A stretch of 64,000 nucleotides of DNA from Eledone cirrhosa (Eukaryota), in assembly GCA_964016885.1 (NCBI GenBank), contig OZ024740.1, positions 131,688,001 through 131,752,000 of the forward strand, in the 5' to 3' direction. The first letter of the stretch is position 1. Every line of letters begins with the position of its first letter. Shown piece by piece: positions 38,730 to 49,082 of the stretch. The notes below the pieces were generated by a model, which was given only the letters and a program-made list of their open reading frames with translations, was not told the origin of the DNA and searched no databases. Position numbers and translations under genes: made by a program.

Positions 38730-41700
38730 TGTGGGGCCCTTTCTGCCTGTGTGTTTGTTTGTTTATGTGTGTTCGTATACAGCGTGGTGATAATGCCACA
38801 CAAGGGCCAAGTGGGATGGCGGATCCACAGATGGCTATGTAAACATACATTCGCCAATCCTCGATAAGAGTGTTTAAATATCGAACATAAACAGTTCGAA
38901 TAACGGTGAAATGGAGACTAGAACGTCATGTGACAGACTCTCACCCAACAGGTGCCCCCTGGCTCAGCAGCAGGAACCTGACTGTCAACCAAATACTGCT
39001 GATGTTGGAGGAAGGAGAAGAAGGAAAGGGGCCAGAACCAACTGGACGAAAGAATTGAATAGAACTGTTATGCAATGCTACCTGAAAAGTAACCCCAAGG
39101 AGAGGGGCTACAGGAGACGGATGCATAACATCTGGAACGAGATTGGTTTATTTAAATTAGATGAACAAAAATTGGCCGGGCAGGCTCGGGTAATAAGAAC
39201 TAATGGGTGGATAAGCGAGCTGGAACTGGAGGAACTGAGCAGAGAGAATGGCTTGGAGATGGCGGGTGTAGTATGCCAGACAAGCGAGCCGGTGGGAAAT
39301 GAAGGTGAGGAGGTCCTGAGAACGGAGGAACCACCCGAAGCAGACAATGATCTGAATACTGAGATAAATAATACCTGGAACAGAGATACGGCCACTGAGG
39401 AGATGAATGCTGACGGGCTAGGACAAGATTCGGTTGACATCCTAAATTTAGTGGTAGATGAATTGAACAATGATAGTGGGAGACCTATGAACCTAAGATT
39501 TGTAGACAGGAAAAAGTTAAAAGAAACAACAGCTAAGGTAAACAAAGTCACCCCATACCTTGAGGCGAGGAGCCTTCACCAGTGCAACAATATCCTCAGA
39601 GCAACAGCAAATACGGTGAGGAAACTACTTGGTATAAAAGCGAGAGGAAACAACAGACAAGAAAGAGCAGAGCCGTGGTGGAAGAAGCGACTGAGTGGGC
39701 AAATCGGGGAAATGAGAAATGACATAGGAAAGCTTGAGTCACTACTGAATGGGACACTAAAAAACATAGGCACTAAAAATAGACTGGAAATAAAATACAA
39801 AACTAGGAGTAAAAAGCTAAATATTATCATAGAGGAATTGAAGCAACGCATTGTAGCAAAGAGTGCAAAAATCACGCGATACGAGAACAGAGTCAGTCAG
39901 TATAAACAGAACCGCATGTTCGACAACAACCAGAAGATGCTGTTTGGACAGCTTGAGGGCAAAGAAAGAGGCAACGACTTGATCCCTGGGGCGGAACAAA
40001 CTAAAACATTCTGGAGAGGAATATGGGAGCAGGATGTTAGACACAATGCCCAGGCAGGGTGGATTGAGACAGTACAGGGGGAGATCGGTGAGCAGGCACA
40101 GCAACAGACTGATTTGAGTATCACAGTTGAAACTCTTAAGGGGCAAGCCAAAAAACTAACCAACTGGAAATCACCAGGCCCAGATGGTGTGCAGGGGTAT
40201 TGGATTAAACATTTAACATCCCTCCACCCGAAGCTGACGGCCATGTTCAATGACTGCTTGGTGTCGGGTGAGGTGCCAGAGTGGTTGACAAAAGGTACCA
40301 CAGTTCTGATAATGAAAGACCGAATCAAGGGTAATGATGCTACCAACTATAGACCTATCACATGTCTGTCCGTAATGTGGAAACTGTTGACGAGCATTGT
40401 GTCTGAGGAAATCTACCATCACCTCCACACAAACAACTTGTTACCGGACGAACAGAAAGGATGCCGAAAGAAGTCACGTGGTACAAAGGACCAGTTGCTT
40501 ATTGATAAGATGGTAATGGGGAATTGCAGGAGGAGACACACTGATCTTGCAATGGGATGGATAGACTACAGAAAGGCATTTGACATGGTGCCTCATTCTT
40601 GGATCACCAAAAGCCTGGAGATCTTCAGGGTGGCAGATAACATCAGACAGTTGCTGGGCAGGAGTATGGGGTCCTGGGAGACAGAGTTGACATCAACTGG
40701 AGTATCCTTGAGAAGCGTGAAGATCAAGAGAGGTATCTTCCAGGGAGATAGCCTGTCCCCTCTGTTGTTTGTCCTGGCCCTGATGCCCTTGACCATTATG
40801 CTGCGAAAGGTGAGAGCAGGATACAAGTTGGGAAAGGGAGAGCTTACCATCAATCACCTCCTTAAGCTCTTCGGGAAAAGTGAGAAGGAGTTGGATGTGC
40901 TAGTTGACACTGTCCGTGTTTTCAGCAGTGATATATGTATGCAGTTTGGTATTAGTAAATGTGGAGTCATTGTGATGAAGAGGGGTAGGTTGAGCAGAAG
41001 TAACGGGATCCAGATACCAACAGGTGAGATGATAAAGGAAATTGACTCTGAGGAAGGATACAAGTATTTGGGCGTTCTGGACGCTGATGGCATAAAGAAC
41101 AAAAAAATGAAGGAATTTTTAAGAACTGAATACATTCGGAGAGTAAGGAGCGTATTGAAGTCACATCTGAACAGCAGAAATGCCATAAGCGCAGTAAATT
41201 CCCGAGCTGTGTCTATTATTAGGTACAGTGCGGGAATTCTGAGATGGAATGTTGCTGAACAAAAAGAAATGGATAGGAAGACTAGGAAGCTATTGACTAT
41301 CTACAACATGTTCCACAAGAGGAGTGATGTCGATAGACTCTACCTAAGGAGATCTGAGGGTGGAAGAGGTCTTATCAGCATAGAGGACTGTGTTCAGATG
41401 GAGAAAAACAACCTATACAAATACGTGACCTATAGTAAGGAGCCAATGCTCAGAACTGTACTGAAGGAGGGGACAGTAGGCCAGGAGATGTCCAAGGAGG
41501 AAATAACATCATGTAGGAAGAGCAGCCTTAAGGGAAAATCCCTTCATAGTACCTTCTTTGAGAAAACTGAATTTAGAGATCCACAGACATGGAACTGGTT
41601 GAGAAGAGGAGACCTCAAACAGGCTACAGAAGGAATGCTAATGGCTGCGCAGGAGCAGGCCCTCAAAACGAAGTGGTTGAAGCACCATATTTACAAGGAG

Positions 41701-42365
41701 AAGGCTAGCCCACTGTGCAGGATCTGTGGAGAGAGAGAGGAGACTGTGGCTCACATTGTGTCCGAGTGTAAACACCTAGCCCAGACCCACTATAAGGGCT
41801 GGAGACACGATATGATGGGCAGGGTGATCCACTGGCACCTGTGCAAAGTAAACAATTTACCACACTCTGAGAAATGGTATGAGCATAGGCCAGAGGCGGT
41901 GATGGAGAACAATCAGGTGAAGGTGCTGTGGGATTTTAGGATACAGACGGACAAAAAACTGGAACACAATAGACCTGACCTGGTGGTTGTGGACAAAGAA
42001 AAAAGATCGTGTCTGATTGTGGATGTGGCCTGCCCTTTCGACACGAGAGTGCAAGAGAAGGAGAGGGAGAAAATTAACCGATACCAGGACCTAAAGTGGG
42101 GGGTAAAAAGGATTTGGTACTGCCCTGATGTCAAAGTGATCCCGATTGTCATAGGCGCACTGGGGACTATCTCCAAAAGTTTCCAGGGATGGTTAAAGAA
42201 AATCGGCCCCGTCACGCTTTTTGGAACGCTTCAAAAGGCATGCTTGCTTGGAACAGCAAGAACCCTCCGATACATCCTGAATATCTGAGGCTGCAGGTAG
42301 TGACTTGATATTCATTCCAACGGACTTTCCAGTTAACCAAGATCAATGACTGAGATTCAAGGAAT
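38730..42365 (+). mobile_element. Near full-length R4/Dong-like retrotransposon family A
   Basis: Structured 5'UTR, single ORF, ~75-bp 3'UTR and (AAT)n tail; the 5' boundary is approximate. Confidence 0.92.
38911..42288 (+). CDS. R4-clade polyprotein: Myb-like N-terminus, RT lacking FMDD, CCHC knuckle, restriction-like endonuclease
   Basis: 1125-aa open frame; WKSPGPDG, NYRPITCL, QKGCR, WIDYRKAFD, GIFQGDSLSP, YKYLG, CRICGEREETVAHIVSEC, RHD, RPD..DV..EKINRY. Confidence 0.9.
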   Translation: METRTSCDRLSPNRCPLAQQQEPDCQPNTADVGGRRRRKGARTNWTKELNRTVMQCYLKSNPKERGYRRRMHNIWNEIGLFKLDEQKLAGQARVIRTNGWISELELEELSRENGLEMAGVVCQTSEPVGNEGEEVLRTEEPPEADNDLNTEINNTWNRDTATEEMNADGLGQDSVDILNLVVDELNNDSGRPMNLRFVDRKKLKETTAKVNKVTPYLEARSLHQCNNILRATANTVRKLLGIKARGNNRQERAEPWWKKRLSGQIGEMRNDIGKLESLLNGTLKNIGTKNRLEIKYKTRSKKLNIIIEELKQRIVAKSAKITRYENRVSQYKQNRMFDNNQKMLFGQLEGKERGNDLIPGAEQTKTFWRGIWEQDVRHNAQAGWIETVQGEIGEQAQQQTDLSITVETLKGQAKKLTNWKSPGPDGVQGYWIKHLTSLHPKLTAMFNDCLVSGEVPEWLTKGTTVLIMKDRIKGNDATNYRPITCLSVMWKLLTSIVSEEIYHHLHTNNLLPDEQKGCRKKSRGTKDQLLIDKMVMGNCRRRHTDLAMGWIDYRKAFDMVPHSWITKSLEIFRVADNIRQLLGRSMGSWETELTSTGVSLRSVKIKRGIFQGDSLSPLLFVLALMPLTIMLRKVRAGYKLGKGELTINHLLKLFGKSEKELDVLVDTVRVFSSDICMQFGISKCGVIVMKRGRLSRSNGIQIPTGEMIKEIDSEEGYKYLGVLDADGIKNKKMKEFLRTEYIRRVRSVLKSHLNSRNAISAVNSRAVSIIRYSAGILRWNVAEQKEMDRKTRKLLTIYNMFHKRSDVDRLYLRRSEGGRGLISIEDCVQMEKNNLYKYVTYSKEPMLRTVLKEGTVGQEMSKEEITSCRKSSLKGKSLHSTFFEKTEFRDPQTWNWLRRGDLKQATEGMLMAAQEQALKTKWLKHHIYKEKASPLCRICGEREETVAHIVSECKHLAQTHYKGWRHDMMGRVIHWHLCKVNNLPHSEKWYEHRPEAVMENNQVKVLWDFRIQTDKKLEHNRPDLVVVDKEKRSCLIVDVACPFDTRVQEKEREKINRYQDLKWGVKRIWYCPDVKVIPIVIGALGTISKSFQGWLKKIGPVTLFGTLQKACLLGTARTLRYILNI

Positions 42366-42371
42366 AACAAC

Positions 42372-42445
<74 letters not shown>

Positions 42446-42457
42446 GAAGAAGAATAA

Positions 42458-42492
<35 letters not shown>

Positions 42493-42598
42493 AGAAGAAG
42501 AAGAAGAAGAAGAAGAAGAAGAAGAAGAAAAAGAAAAAGAAGAAGAAGAAGAAGAAGAAGAAGAAGAAGAAGAAGAAGAAGAAGAAGAAGAAGAAGAA
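42366..42598. repeat. (AAT)n followed by (AAG)n microsatellite
   Basis: Direct reading. Confidence 0.95.
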
Positions 42599-43691
42599 AG
42601 AAATGGATAGGAAGACTAGGAAGCTATTGACTATCTACAACATGTTCCACAAGAGGAGTGATGTCGATAGACTCTTCTTAAGGAGATCTGAGGGTGGAAG
42701 AGGTCTTATCAGCATAGAGGACTGTGTGCAGATGGAGAAAAACAACCTACACACATACGTGGCTGATAGTAAGGAGCCAATGCTCAGAACTGTACTAAAG
42801 GAGGGGACAATAGGCCAGGGGATGTCCAAGGAGGAAATAACATCAAGGAGAAAGAGCAGCCTCCAGGAAAAATCCCTTCATAGTACCTTCTTTGGGAAAA
42901 CTGAATTTAGAGATCCACAGACATGGAACTGGTTGAAAAGAGGAGACCTTAAAAAGGCTACTGAAGGAATGTTAATGGCTGCGCAGGAGCAGGCCCTCAA
43001 AACGAAGTGGTTGAAACACTATATTTACAAGGAGGAGGCTAGCCCACTGTGCAGGATCTGTGGAGAGAGGAGACTGTGGCTCACATTGTATCCGAGTGTA
43101 AACACCTAGCCCAGACGCACTATAAGGGCTGGAGACATGATGTCATGGGCAGGGTGATCCACTGGCACCTATGCAAAGTAAGCAATTTACCACATTCTGA
43201 GAAGTGGTATGAGCATAAACCAGAGTTGGTGATAGGAAACGATTAGGTGAAGGTGCTGTGGGATCTTAGGATACAGACGGACAAGAAACTGGAACACAAT
43301 AGACCTGACCTGGTGGTTGTGGACAAAGAAAAAAGATCGTGTCTGATTGTGGATGTGGCCTGCCCATTCGACACGAGAGTGCAAGAGAAGGAGAGGGAGA
43401 AAATTAACCGATACCAGGACTTAAAGTGGGAGGTAAAAAGGATTTGGAACTGCCAAGAAGTCAAAGTGATCCCGATTGTCATAGGCGCACTAGGGACTAT
43501 CTCAAAAAGTTTCCAGCGATGGTTAAAGAAAATTGGCCCCTTCACGCTTTTTGGAACGCTTCAAAAGGCATGCTTGCTGGGAACAGCAAGAACCCTACGA
43601 TACGTCCTGAATATCTGAGGCTGCAGGTAGCGTCGTGATATTCATTTCAACAAACTTTCCAGTTAACTAACATCAATGACTGAGATTCAAG

Positions 43692-43693
<2 letters not shown>
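42597..43693 (+). mobile_element. R4/Dong-like family A, 5'-truncated (~1.1 kb)
   Basis: ORF pieces 42603-43109, 43049-43246 and 43247-43618 match the family A C-terminus; 3'UTR plus (AAT)n. Confidence 0.92.
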
Positions 43694-43750
<57 letters not shown>

Positions 43751-43751
43751 T

Positions 43752-43803
43752 GTAATGCACTGGGTGACTGCTGGCCTTGTGCCTGGAGTGGAGATAATTA
43801 TTA
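43752..43803 (+). mobile_element. SINE family 1, 3' stub
   Basis: gtaatgcactgggtgactgctggccttgtgcc..ataattatt matches the SINE tail. Confidence 0.65.
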
Positions 43804-43879
43804 ATAATTTCATTCTTAAGGCACGCAATGCTCACATTAAGGAACCACTCATGATAATAACTATTTAAAAAAAAACAAC

Positions 43880-46800
43880 AAAAAGAAAACCCCGTGACCA
43901 AGAAATACCGGGATGGCGGCCGGCGGGGAATAGCCGTGTCTCTAGGGGAGAATGACCCCTCAAGTCTTGGTTGACACTCGTTCAAGAAGTGGTAACACAA
44001 AATGATTACCCCATGGCGGATAAGGATAAAACGCGACAAAATAAAGTAAATGTCTAATGATAAAATCGCATACAGGATCGGCCGTCACCATGTAAAAAAG
44101 GGTCGCGTCCCTCAGAGACGGACCAGACTGAGGTTGAAAAATTAGCTAATGGTTCAAACCTTCCCATCACTTCGGAGCTGGAGACCTCCCATAAGCGGAA
44201 TACTCCTACTGTTGGCCCTCCATGCTCAGCACCAAGAAATCCAAAGAAAAAGAGAGAAAAATGGTCAAATGAAGATAATAAAGAAGTCCTTGAAGCTTTC
44301 TACACTGCCATGTACTACCCATCAAATACATCGAATACAGAACAGACATATATCAACTGGAAAAAGAAACATCCCGAAAACAGAGGCTATATTGACAGTA
44401 ACAAACTAGCCAATATACGAAGAAATATTGTAAGAAAACAGTTACTAACTGATATAGAAATTGATCAGATCAAGCTATTAGTACAAAGTCAGCGAAGGGT
44501 AAATGAAACTTGTGTCAGTGAAAACGAGGTAAATTGTAACACTTCGAAACCCAGGGTTGGGGCGGAATCACTGGCAACAGAACAAATTAAAGAAAGAATC
44601 GAAAAAGTGGAGGGAGTGCATGCTCAAGATGAAACCCCAAATGAAAATAAATAGTTCGTAAATGATAAAGAAATGAATGAGAATGAACTTGCCAACTTGA
44701 AGAATTAAATTATGATCGAATGGATGAAAATGAAAGAATCTGACATGGGGCAACGAGACACCCTCCCTAAGATCCAGAACTCCAAACAGAACCAAAAGAT
44801 AATACACAAGACTAACATAATTCTCAAAAACATTATCATGACAAACAAACTAAACATTACTGATTTAAATCATCTCTATTATGCATCGGCTAAAGTCATC
44901 TCTCACTTATGTGGAGTGAAGATGAAAAAACAAAGGAATTCCCACAAGAAATCTACTTGGCAGAGAACATCAATCGCCAAATAAACCTTCTCCGATCTGA
45001 CATAGACATTTTAACAAACTATAAAGTAGGTGAACATGTTAAACAAACTAAACTTAGAAAATTGAAAAGAAAGTACAGTATAAAATCAACAAGTGACATA
45101 GACATGCTGATAGGAATAATCAAGCAAAAAGTGTCGGCCAAAGCTGCTCGTATAAGGCGCTTTGAAAAACGATCTAGATTCTATAAGGACAATAATATGT
45201 TCAAAAACAACCAAAGAAACTTCTACAGAAAAGTTGGTAAGTCAACAATAACTGCTAAATCAATACCACCCAAGGAGGAAGTGCAAGAATTCTGGGAAAA
45301 GATCTGGGCCGAAGAAAAAGTTCATAACATACATGCCCCATGGATAGACAGACAAATGAAAGATACAGCTCACCTTGAGGAACAAATATGGGAAAATATA
45401 ACAGTTGAACAGTTGCGCTTGGCTCTAAGAAAAACCAGCAAATGGAAATCCCCAGGAAAAGACAAAATACAAAACTTTTGGATAAATGCCTTCACAGAGT
45501 CTCATGAGCTGTTAGCCCAACTTTACAATGAAATAGTTAAGGAGCCAGAAAAGATACCATCATGGCTTGTTAACGGCATTACATTCCTGCTTCCGAAGAA
45601 TGATGAGACAAACAATCCCAAAAATTACAGACCGATAACTTGCTTGACCACAATGTATACAATTTTAAAATCAGTCCTAACTGAATACAGATATGAGCAC
45701 CTGATAACAAATGACCTATCTCCCATTGAGCAGAAAGGGTGTAAACGAGGCTCATAGGGCGGTAAGGATCAGCTTTTGGTTAACAAAATGATACTGGAAG
45801 ATTGTCATAATAGAGACAAAAATCTATCAATTGCTTGGATAGATTATAAAAAAGCATTCGATAGTTTGCCACACAGTTGGATTGAAAAATGTTTAGATAT
45901 TTTCAAAATATCCCCCGTTGTCAGGAGGTTTTTGTCATTCAGTATGAAGACATCGAAAACAACACTCCTTTTGAATAGTGAAACAAAATCACTGGAAGCT
46001 GGAGAAGTTACTATTAATTGTGGAATTTTTCAGGGTGACTCTTTATCACCGCTTTTATTCTGCATCGCACTTATACCATTAAGTAAAATGCTCAATGAAA
46101 CAAAACATGTATATAAAGTCTATGACAAAACCATTAATCACTTGTCCTACATAGATGACCTGAAACTATTTGCAAAAAATGATGAACAATTGCAAGGGCT
46201 ATTATCCACTGTGGAGCAGTTCAGTGATGACATTAAAATGGAGTTTGGACTAGATAAATCAGCCAAAGCAACGTTCACCAGAGGAAAGCTGCTGAAGAGT
46301 TCAGACATTAATCTTGATTGGGGGAACGTGAAAAGAGAACTTGATCAAGAAAAAACTTACAAATATCTAGGTGTTTGTGAAGGAGACGGAATCAAGCACT
46401 CGACAATGAGAGAAAAGATAAGGAAGGAATGTTACCGCAGAGTAAGAGCAATCTTAAGAACGGAATTGAATGCAAGGAATAGGATCGATGCCATAAACAC
46501 GCTTGCCATACCAGTAGTAACCTACAGTTACAATGTCATGAACTGGTCAAGCACAGAGATCCGTAGGCTCGATACAATATTTCGAAAATTCTTGACCATG
46601 CACAGAATGCATCACCCTAAGGCAGATATAGATAGAATATATCTCCCTAGGAAAGAAGGAGGACGTGGGTTAATGCAATTAGACATTGCGTTGAAAACTG
46701 CAACAATTGGATTATCTACATATCTAAGGGAATCACATGATTGGATGATCAAGCTCGTTTTGAAACACGAAAGCATCAAAAGATCATATTCCATTACAAA

Positions 46801-47842
46801 AGATGCACAAAGATACAATAATGGACTACAAATTTCAGAAGTCCCATTTACTTCTGAAATGGAAAACACAGAAAAAGCAAAGCAGGTAAAAGTAACTGCA
46901 AAGAAAGAACTGCTACAGAAACTGGCTAAGAGATGGCAAGAAAAGCCTCTGTATGGAAAGTACCCAGAGCGAGCTAACAATCCCAATGTTGACAAAACTT
47001 TAACGCATCAGTGGATGGCATCCTCTGGACTGAAATCGGAGACTGAAGGACTGATTATATCAGCACAAGATCAGTGTCTACCAACAAAAGATTACCGAGC
47101 CAACATAATAAAAAATGGATGCAGCCCATTATGCCGTGTATGCAAAAAACAACCAGAGACCATTGACCATATAATTTCAATGTGCAGTCCTATAGCTCCA
47201 ACCGAATACCTAAACAGGCATGACATAGCTGCACAATACACACATTGGATAATGTGTATGCATTCTGACCTGCCCCATCAAAAGAATTGGTGGGAGCATC
47301 AACCACCTCCCATACTTGAAAAAGATCACATCTCAATCTTGTGGAACTTTAGCATCCAAACAGACCGAAAAATAGATGCAAATTGACCTGATATATTATT
47401 GAAGGACTTTAAAAAGAGGGTATGCCTGCTAATTGATATGTCTGTTCCTGTAGACAAGAATGTATCTATAAAAACATTTCAAAAAGTGAGCAAGTATAAG
47501 GACCTGGAGATAGAAATTGGAAAAATGTGGAAATTGAGAACTAAAACAATACCAGTGGTTGTAGGCGCTCTGGGAACGATACCTAAGGGGTCTAATGATT
47601 ACTTATCGCAAATCCAAGGAAACACGCGTATAGGAGAAATACAAAAGATAGTACTAATGGGAACTGCCCATATACTAAGGAAGATTCTGTCAATATAAGT
47701 ACATCACAAGTCTAAACACTAAAGATGCATGTGTGAGTATGTATGTTCTTTCTTGAACATGGCTGACTTGTTGTCTCTTGAGGTCACTGTTTGTGACTTG
47801 GTGATAACTCGTATGAACATAAATCAAGAAATATGCAACTGT
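43880..47842 (+). mobile_element. Near full-length R4/Dong-like retrotransposon family B, pseudogenised
   Basis: Broken ORF from about 44050 to 47698: REKWSNED Myb-like region, WKSPGKD, NYRPITCL, WIDYKKAFD, GIFQGDSLSP, YIDDLKL, CRVC..H..C, RHD, PD..D; 3'UTR plus (AAT)n; the 5' boundary is approximate. Confidence 0.92.
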
Positions 47843-47859
47843 AATAATAATAATAATGA

Positions 47860-48790
47860 TAAAAGAAATGGATAGGAAGACTAGGTAGCTATTGTCTGAT
47901 GACAATAGACCAGGGGATGTCCAGGGAGGAAATAACAAAAGGAGAAAGAGCAGCCTTTATGAAAAATCCCTTCATATTACCTTCTTTGAGAAAGCTGAAT
48001 TCAGAGATCCAGAGACATGGAACTGGTTGAAAGGAGGAGACCTTAAAAAAGCTACAGAAGGAATGCTAATGGCTGCGCAAGAGCAGGCCATCAAAACGAA
48101 GTGGTTGAAACACCATATTTACAAGGAGGAGGCTAGCCCACTGTGCATGATCTGTGGAGAGAGAGAGGAGACTGTGACTCACATTGTATCCAAGTGCAAA
48201 CACCTAGCCCAGACTCATTATAAGGGCTGGAGACATGATGTGATGGGCAGGGTAATCCACTGGCACTTATGCAAAGTAAGCAATTTACCCCATTCTGAGA
48301 AGTGGTATGAGCATAAGCCAGAGTCGGTGATAGAAAACGATCAGGTGAAGGTGCTGTGGGATTTTAGGATACAGACGGACAAGAAACTGGAACACAATAG
48401 ACCTGACATGGTGGTTGTGGACAAAGAAAAAAGATCGTGCCTGATTGTGGATGTGGCCTGCCCATTCGACACGAGAGTGCAAGAGAAGGAGAGGGAGAAA
48501 ATTAACCGATAGCAGGACTTAGAGCGGGAGGTAAAAAAGGATTTGGAACTGCCATGAAGTCAAAGTGGTCCCGATTGTCATAGGTGCACTAGGCATCTCA
48601 AAAAGTTTCCAGGGATGGTTAAAGAAAATTGGCGGCGCCACGCTTTTTGGAACGCTTCAAAAGGCATGCATGCTGGGAACAGCAAGAACCCTCCGATAGG
48701 TCATTAATATCTGAGGCTGCAGGTAGCGCATTGATATTCATTGCAACAAACTTTCCAGTTAACTAACATCAATGACTGGGACTCAAAGAA
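47860..48790 (+). mobile_element. R4/Dong-like family A, 5'-truncated with internal deletion
   Basis: ORF 47892-48512 matches the family A C-terminus; 3'UTR plus (AAT)n. Confidence 0.9.
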
Positions 48791-48791
48791 C

Positions 48792-48840
<49 letters not shown>

Positions 48841-49082
48841 TTTTCTTTATTAACCACAAGGGTTCACATAAAGTAGACATTAAGGACAGTACAGGACAAT
48901 ACAGGACGGTACAAATGGGCATTTCTGCGTGTAAAAAAACAGAGGTTGAAATAAAATAACAAAGAAAAATTCCCCAATAGGGGGGAGACTTCCAAGGGAC
49001 ATTTGTGGAGAAAGCCCATTAAAAGACCACAGTGGCCCTGACCACCAGGGCAAGTGCCCTCTCCCAGTTTTCCACCTTTAAT

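Noticed and set aside
38270-38842. 190-aa ORF upstream of family A as an ORF1
   Set aside because: TTG start, low-complexity (CAC)n and A-rich sequence; R4-clade elements have a single ORF
42346-42630. Poly-Ile/poly-Arg ORF, and the poly-Glu ORF at 830-1102
   Set aside because: Trinucleotide microsatellite translations
38730-44050. Canonical HDV-like ribozymes at the 5' ends of the R4 elements
   Set aside because: Could not fit a 3-bp P3, L3/P1.1 and catalytic J4/2; kept only as a low-confidence structured UTR finding
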